Assembly (NCBI GenBank): GCA_964016885.1
Contig: OZ024743.1
Location: 7,812,001 to 7,876,000, forward strand
Direction: 5' to 3'
From: Eledone cirrhosa
Lineage: Eukaryota
DNA: 64,000 bases
Shown: positions 58,447-64,000 of the stretch, one piece after another
How positions within the stretch are numbered: position 1 is the first letter of the stretch
Layout: every line of letters begins with the position of its first letter
The notes under the pieces: generated by a model
Seen by the model: the letters and a program-made list of their open reading frames with translations, nothing else
The model's database searches: none
Told to the model about the DNA's origin: nothing
Position numbers and translations under genes: made by a program

Positions 58447-58479
<33 letters not shown>

Positions 58480-60873
58480 ATATGTATATATAGATGGCCG
58501 ACTGAATATGCACGTGTGTTCCTCCCCCTTTTTTTCCCATTTTTTCCATTCTTTACTCTTATCACTCTTTACTTTCTATTTATCTTCTATTTCTAACTCT
58601 ATCTTCCATTGAAGGTCTAGTGTGAGAAACGTTAAGACTCTATTTTTGCTATTTCAAGCGTTAAACTATTATATTTCTTCAATGTGCTGTGCCGTCTGTT
58701 TTGCTATTTTTGTTATATCTGTTTATCTTTTACATACACACAGTTTGGGTTACTGGTCAACACTTTGAATAAACCACTAAATACTGTTTGTAGCATCAAA
58801 CTAACATTTATTATCAACAGTACCTGTTCAGTTTCAAGTGAGAGGACGGTATTTACGAAACATCGAGATATAAAGTATTAAATATCCCTACCACACACAC
58901 ATGTGCATGTGTATATATATATGTATATACTTACAGACACATAAAAGCACACACATAGACAACCACATACACACACATACATAAATATATACATATATAT
59001 ATGATCATACATATGTGTAAATACATGTATTATTGTATGTTTCTCGTTACATACTATGACTAAATGTCTAATAGAAAGTAGACCAGATTAGTTAAGATAC
59101 TTAACTGCACCACTAACAATCACTGTTACTTGTAGAAATGCCAAATATATTCCATGATGCAATAACCTTACCGGTCTTAGTTGATTCAGATGTGAAATTG
59201 TATGCTGAGATGTCTTAATGTTGTCGGTTATGACATTTAGTAACTTAAATATAAATTAGTTGAACTACGCTTTCTGATTGATACTGTTGAAATCAGTTGA
59301 AGATAATCGTCATAGTTAATGAACTGAATCATACATTTGCGTCTTAGTCATATATCAGAATCAAATGATGTATTTCCACCCGAGCCATATATTACTGCGG
59401 TTTTTTTTTCATTATCTTAATCACATTTCTAAACCGGACATATATTATTAAATAAGTAGAACAAATTCGTTTCATGAAACTGTTTCCTTTAAAGTATACA
59501 CTACAGAAACATTGATTGCCAGCTGAACTAATTATAGAAATATAAAATATACTGAAGTGAGTATGTTTTATGATATATTTCTGGCAATATTATAACGACA
59601 TGACACTCTCCAAATATAATAATATTTGTTTCAACACAGATTTCATATCAAAACCCTTGCAAAACAAATACATCGCCGTCATATATATTTATATCACTCA
59701 TATGTATTAGTATCAAAATAATATACTATTGAGTCATATCTTACTAAGTAATACGTTACTATTGCATATATCAGTATTTACTATATACAACTAAGTTATA
59801 TATTGCTATACAACGCAGATATTACTGACTCATATTACTAACTGATTGATAGGTGAATTTGTTGAAGGGTTTGATGCATATAACTGCCCCGAGAAGTGAA
59901 AATCTGACATTTAGGGGTCTCAAACTTCGTAAGTAAGATAGAGAAAGTGTGATCACTATTGTTGCAAGCCAGTAAGAAGCAACCTTTCATCTGTGCACCA
60001 AGTTTTGCCGACACAGGTCATCATTAGTTTCAACACATTCCGGATGTTATCCTACGTGATGTGTTAAATGGTATATTACAAAGGATTATACCACTGTCTG
60101 AGTCATACATTATTAATATACGGCTCTGATCATAATAGCGCATGGCTGAGTTTGTGAATCGTGAGTTTGTGAGTTCGATTCCCGGACCAGGCGATGCTTT
60201 ATTTCACGTTGCTCCTTCTGCCTGAATTTGCGACCGGCAGATAGTATTAGTATTTGGAAAGATGAGACGGAAACATTGTTTCCTCGGTTTTATTTGACTA
60301 GTTCCATCCCACCCGCTAAGCGACTGAGGTATGGGAGCTTGTCAATCAACTGTTATATATTGATATATAATTTAGAAATATATATAATGTATTACCATGT
60401 CGTATATTTCTATCTCAGTCATACATCATTATCCGCGCCATATGTTACAATGTCATATATATAAATATATATATATATCGAAGTCATGAATCAATGATAG
60501 TATTATTTCAGTGATGTTATTACATCTATCATATCATCCACTAAGTTCTCCTGATGAAATCGCTGAGGCGCGGCCATGACGTATGGCGTTTGATATTTGA
60601 CTGATTTCATCCTGAAGGAAATGAGAGAGATAAAGACAAAACAGAAATATAAGAAGGGAGAGTGTTAAAGGGAGAGAAAGAGTTTGTGAAAGAAACGGAA
60701 GAGATGAAAAATTGATTGCCGCAATAGAGTGGACATTTATTTATCGACCCAAAATGACAGAAAACAAAGTTGACACCAGCAGGATTTGATATCAAAGCGC
60801 ATAGAACTAGAACTGGTTTTAGGCCTGTTGATAGTTGTAGCATTATTGATGTAGGAACAGAGCTACATCTGTG

Positions 60874-61020
60874 TTAGGGACATCTAAAAATTACTTAGTT
60901 GAGTATGGCCAAGAAATTTCTAATGTACATATATATATATAAACTCTTTCAATTGCAGCGATTATGTGAAGACAGAAGTTTCTTGGCAATACCCAACTAA
61001 GATATTTTAGATGTCCCTAA
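60874..61020. repeat. Imperfect inverted repeat / MITE-like, TIR ttagggacatctaaaa
   Basis: About 48-bp diverged arms. Confidence 0.65.
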
Positions 61021-61023
61021 TAT

Positions 61024-61055
<32 letters not shown>

Positions 61056-61242
61056 AGATAATTTAATATATCTACTAACATAAGCGCACAGATGTACGCT
61101 AATGCCAGCAAATACACAGGTTATGTCATAGTACCTAGGTGGTTCAATGCAGGAGGATGCAGAACAATAATATTAAAGACGTAAAATAAGAAAATTATTT
61201 TAAGAAAATTTTTTTTAAATAATTTTCTTATTTTACGTCTTT

Positions 61243-61328
<86 letters not shown>

Positions 61329-61438
61329 ATATGTATATATGTATGTATATATGTATATATGTATATATATATATATATATATATACATATATATACACAT
61401 ATATATACATATACATATATACACACATATATATATAT

Positions 61439-61505
<67 letters not shown>

Positions 61506-61584
61506 CACATATATATATACACATATATATACATATATACATACAAACATAGATACATATATATATATATATATATATATATGC

Positions 61585-61663
<79 letters not shown>

Positions 61664-61741
61664 TATACATACATATATATATACACACATATATATATAT
61701 ACACATATACATATATACATACAAACATATATACATACAAA

Positions 61742-61965
61742 CATATGTATATATGTATGTTTATGTGAATGTATATATATATGTGTGTGAGTGTGTGTGT
61801 TTTTGTATGTAAGCATACATATGTATGCATGCATACACTCATATATATGCATATGCATAAATATATATGAGTGTATGCATGCATACATATGTATGCTTAC
61901 ATACAAAAACACACACACTCACACACATATATATATACATTCACATAAACATACATATATACATG
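61742..61965. repeat. Palindrome built from degenerate TA/CA low-complexity sequence
   Basis: About 100-bp exact mirrored arms around 61852. Confidence 0.75.
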
Positions 61966-62163
61966 TATGTATGTATGCTTGAACATATATATGCACGTAT
62001 GTATGCATGTATGTAACTACATGCGAATACAGAATAATGTACATATATATATTGTATATAGATATTCATATTTCATATTTATGTATATATATATATATAT
62101 ATGTCTAGATATATCTATTTCTTTCTCTCAATGTCGTTATTCACACACATACAGATACACAAG

Positions 62164-62215
<52 letters not shown>

Positions 62216-62250
62216 CATATATATATACATCCATCCATACACACACAGAG

Positions 62251-62285
<35 letters not shown>

Positions 62286-62592
62286 ATATATATATACATC
62301 CATCCATACATACACACACACACACACATATATATATATATCTGTGTATATATGTATATATATATATATATATATGCATATGTATATAGATATATAAATA
62401 TATGCAGACTCTCACACACACAGAGAAAGAAACACATATATATACACCCATGTATGTATTCTGATGATAGAAAATGTATATTTTAATGTACTATGAATTC
62501 TATGAATTCTATAACCACCTCATCGTTTGACTTTTTCGACACTTTGCAAGTTTTTTCTAATTTAAGTAAAACAACGCAATGACTAACATAAT

Positions 62593-62753
62593 TGTTTCTA
62601 CGTTAGGCACAAGGCCAGCAATTACCCAGTGCATTACTGGTACTTTATTTTATCGACCCCGTAAGGATGAAAGGCAAAGTTAACCTCGGCGGGATTTGAA
62701 CTCAAACCGTAAAGGGATGTAACTATGCTGGAAAGCATGGCGTCCGACTCTCT
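62593..62753 (-). mobile_element. tRNA-derived SINE, dominant family
   Basis: TSD taacataat. Confidence 0.9.
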
Positions 62754-62986
62754 TAACATAATGATTTCATTTCCATCTTAGAAGCATTTGAATGTTGCGC
62801 AGTTGAGAGGTTTAACTTTTGTGATTTACTTTCAAATATTTAGCTTTAAAATATTCTTTGTATTTCTTTCTTAAACAATAACTTACCAATTTGGGGTTGA
62901 TAAAGTTGTCTTTTTTTACAGCAGGAATAATTTCGCGGTGCCTTGCTACTCTAATGTACGGATTTTTACTTTATATATATATGTAT

Positions 62987-63050
<64 letters not shown>

Positions 63051-63144
63051 TTCAATGAGACAACAAACAGAGGTACAAAAAGTCTTAGTTTCAGCCTTTA
63101 TATTGGAAAGAGGAAAGAAAGATCGACGCGTCGAGCTTAAGGCC

Positions 63145-63211
<67 letters not shown>

Positions 63212-64000
63212 CAAATGATACATAGAGTTCCTGCTAATTTGGGAAGTAAGTGATGAAAAGTTTTCTATTCCAGAAGAAAGATTAAAAATAATATTGATGT
63301 GGTTTATTGAAAACTATTGATATCAATGAAAAGAAACTTTCAGTATTTAACAGAAGAAAGTTTGTAAAACAGATGTTAAACGGTACAATAAATTGAAAAT
63401 AAATATATTTAACATAATGTTTACTGCAGAATATAATTGAAAATTTGAGAGGATGCAATGAATCACAACAAAATGAAACACAAATTTAATCTGCATTTTA
63501 ATACATCATTTGAATATTAGATTATTTTAACAGACTGCAGAAAGCATTTATACTTATTCAACTCTTGTGTTTATTTTTACAAAAGATTTGTATTCATTTC
63601 CATCGGAAGTACCAGAATATGGTTTGTCTATGTTTTGCTTCTTTGCTTCATTCATATAATTTTATTTGTGTGGACTGTCTAGCATAGACAATTTTACATT
63701 TTATATATTTATATCCTATTTATATAACTACATTCAAGAGCGAGATTAATAAAAATGGTTTCTATTCTTTTGTAAACTCATAGCATCATTGTAAGCCAAA
63801 AGCTCATATTATGAAACAGAGGAAATCAATTGATAATATGGGAACGATCTCATATGTAGTTAATATTTATATAAATGTCGATTTGACGAGATAAAAAGGC
63901 ATTATATTTTAAGTGGAAGCCAAATGTTTATCTATTTCTTAATAGTGTATATACATATTGAATAAAATAATTTCAACTGGGTATTACAATCATATCGCAG

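Overview
AT-rich, microsatellite-saturated eukaryotic non-coding DNA. The repeat content resembles an octopus/cephalopod genome, which is an inference. No host gene is supportable, and nearly all listed ORFs are translations of (TA)n/(CA)n/(GA)n/(TATG)n tracts. Real coding remnants are all retroelements: two 5'-truncated RLE-type (R4/Dong-like) LINEs next to (CATA)n tracts, two older decayed RLE fragments, an RTE 3' end, an Ingi/Vingi-like 3' end and a possible gag remnant. Many tRNA-type SINEs carry clear TSDs, and several RTE-derived non-autonomous elements are present. The most striking structure is a set of at least eight short non-coding repeat families that sit inside (TA)n tracts and often form near-perfect palindromes. 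They carry type I hammerhead-ribozyme motifs with self-complementary stem III. Some cores are canonical (CUGANGA...GAAAC...GUH), one lineage has a compensated U3-A8 core, and two have a greatly extended stem II. They look like termini of (TA)n-targeting Penelope-like retroelements or retrozyme-like derivatives, and their 5' inversions repeatedly fold back at the ribozyme itself.
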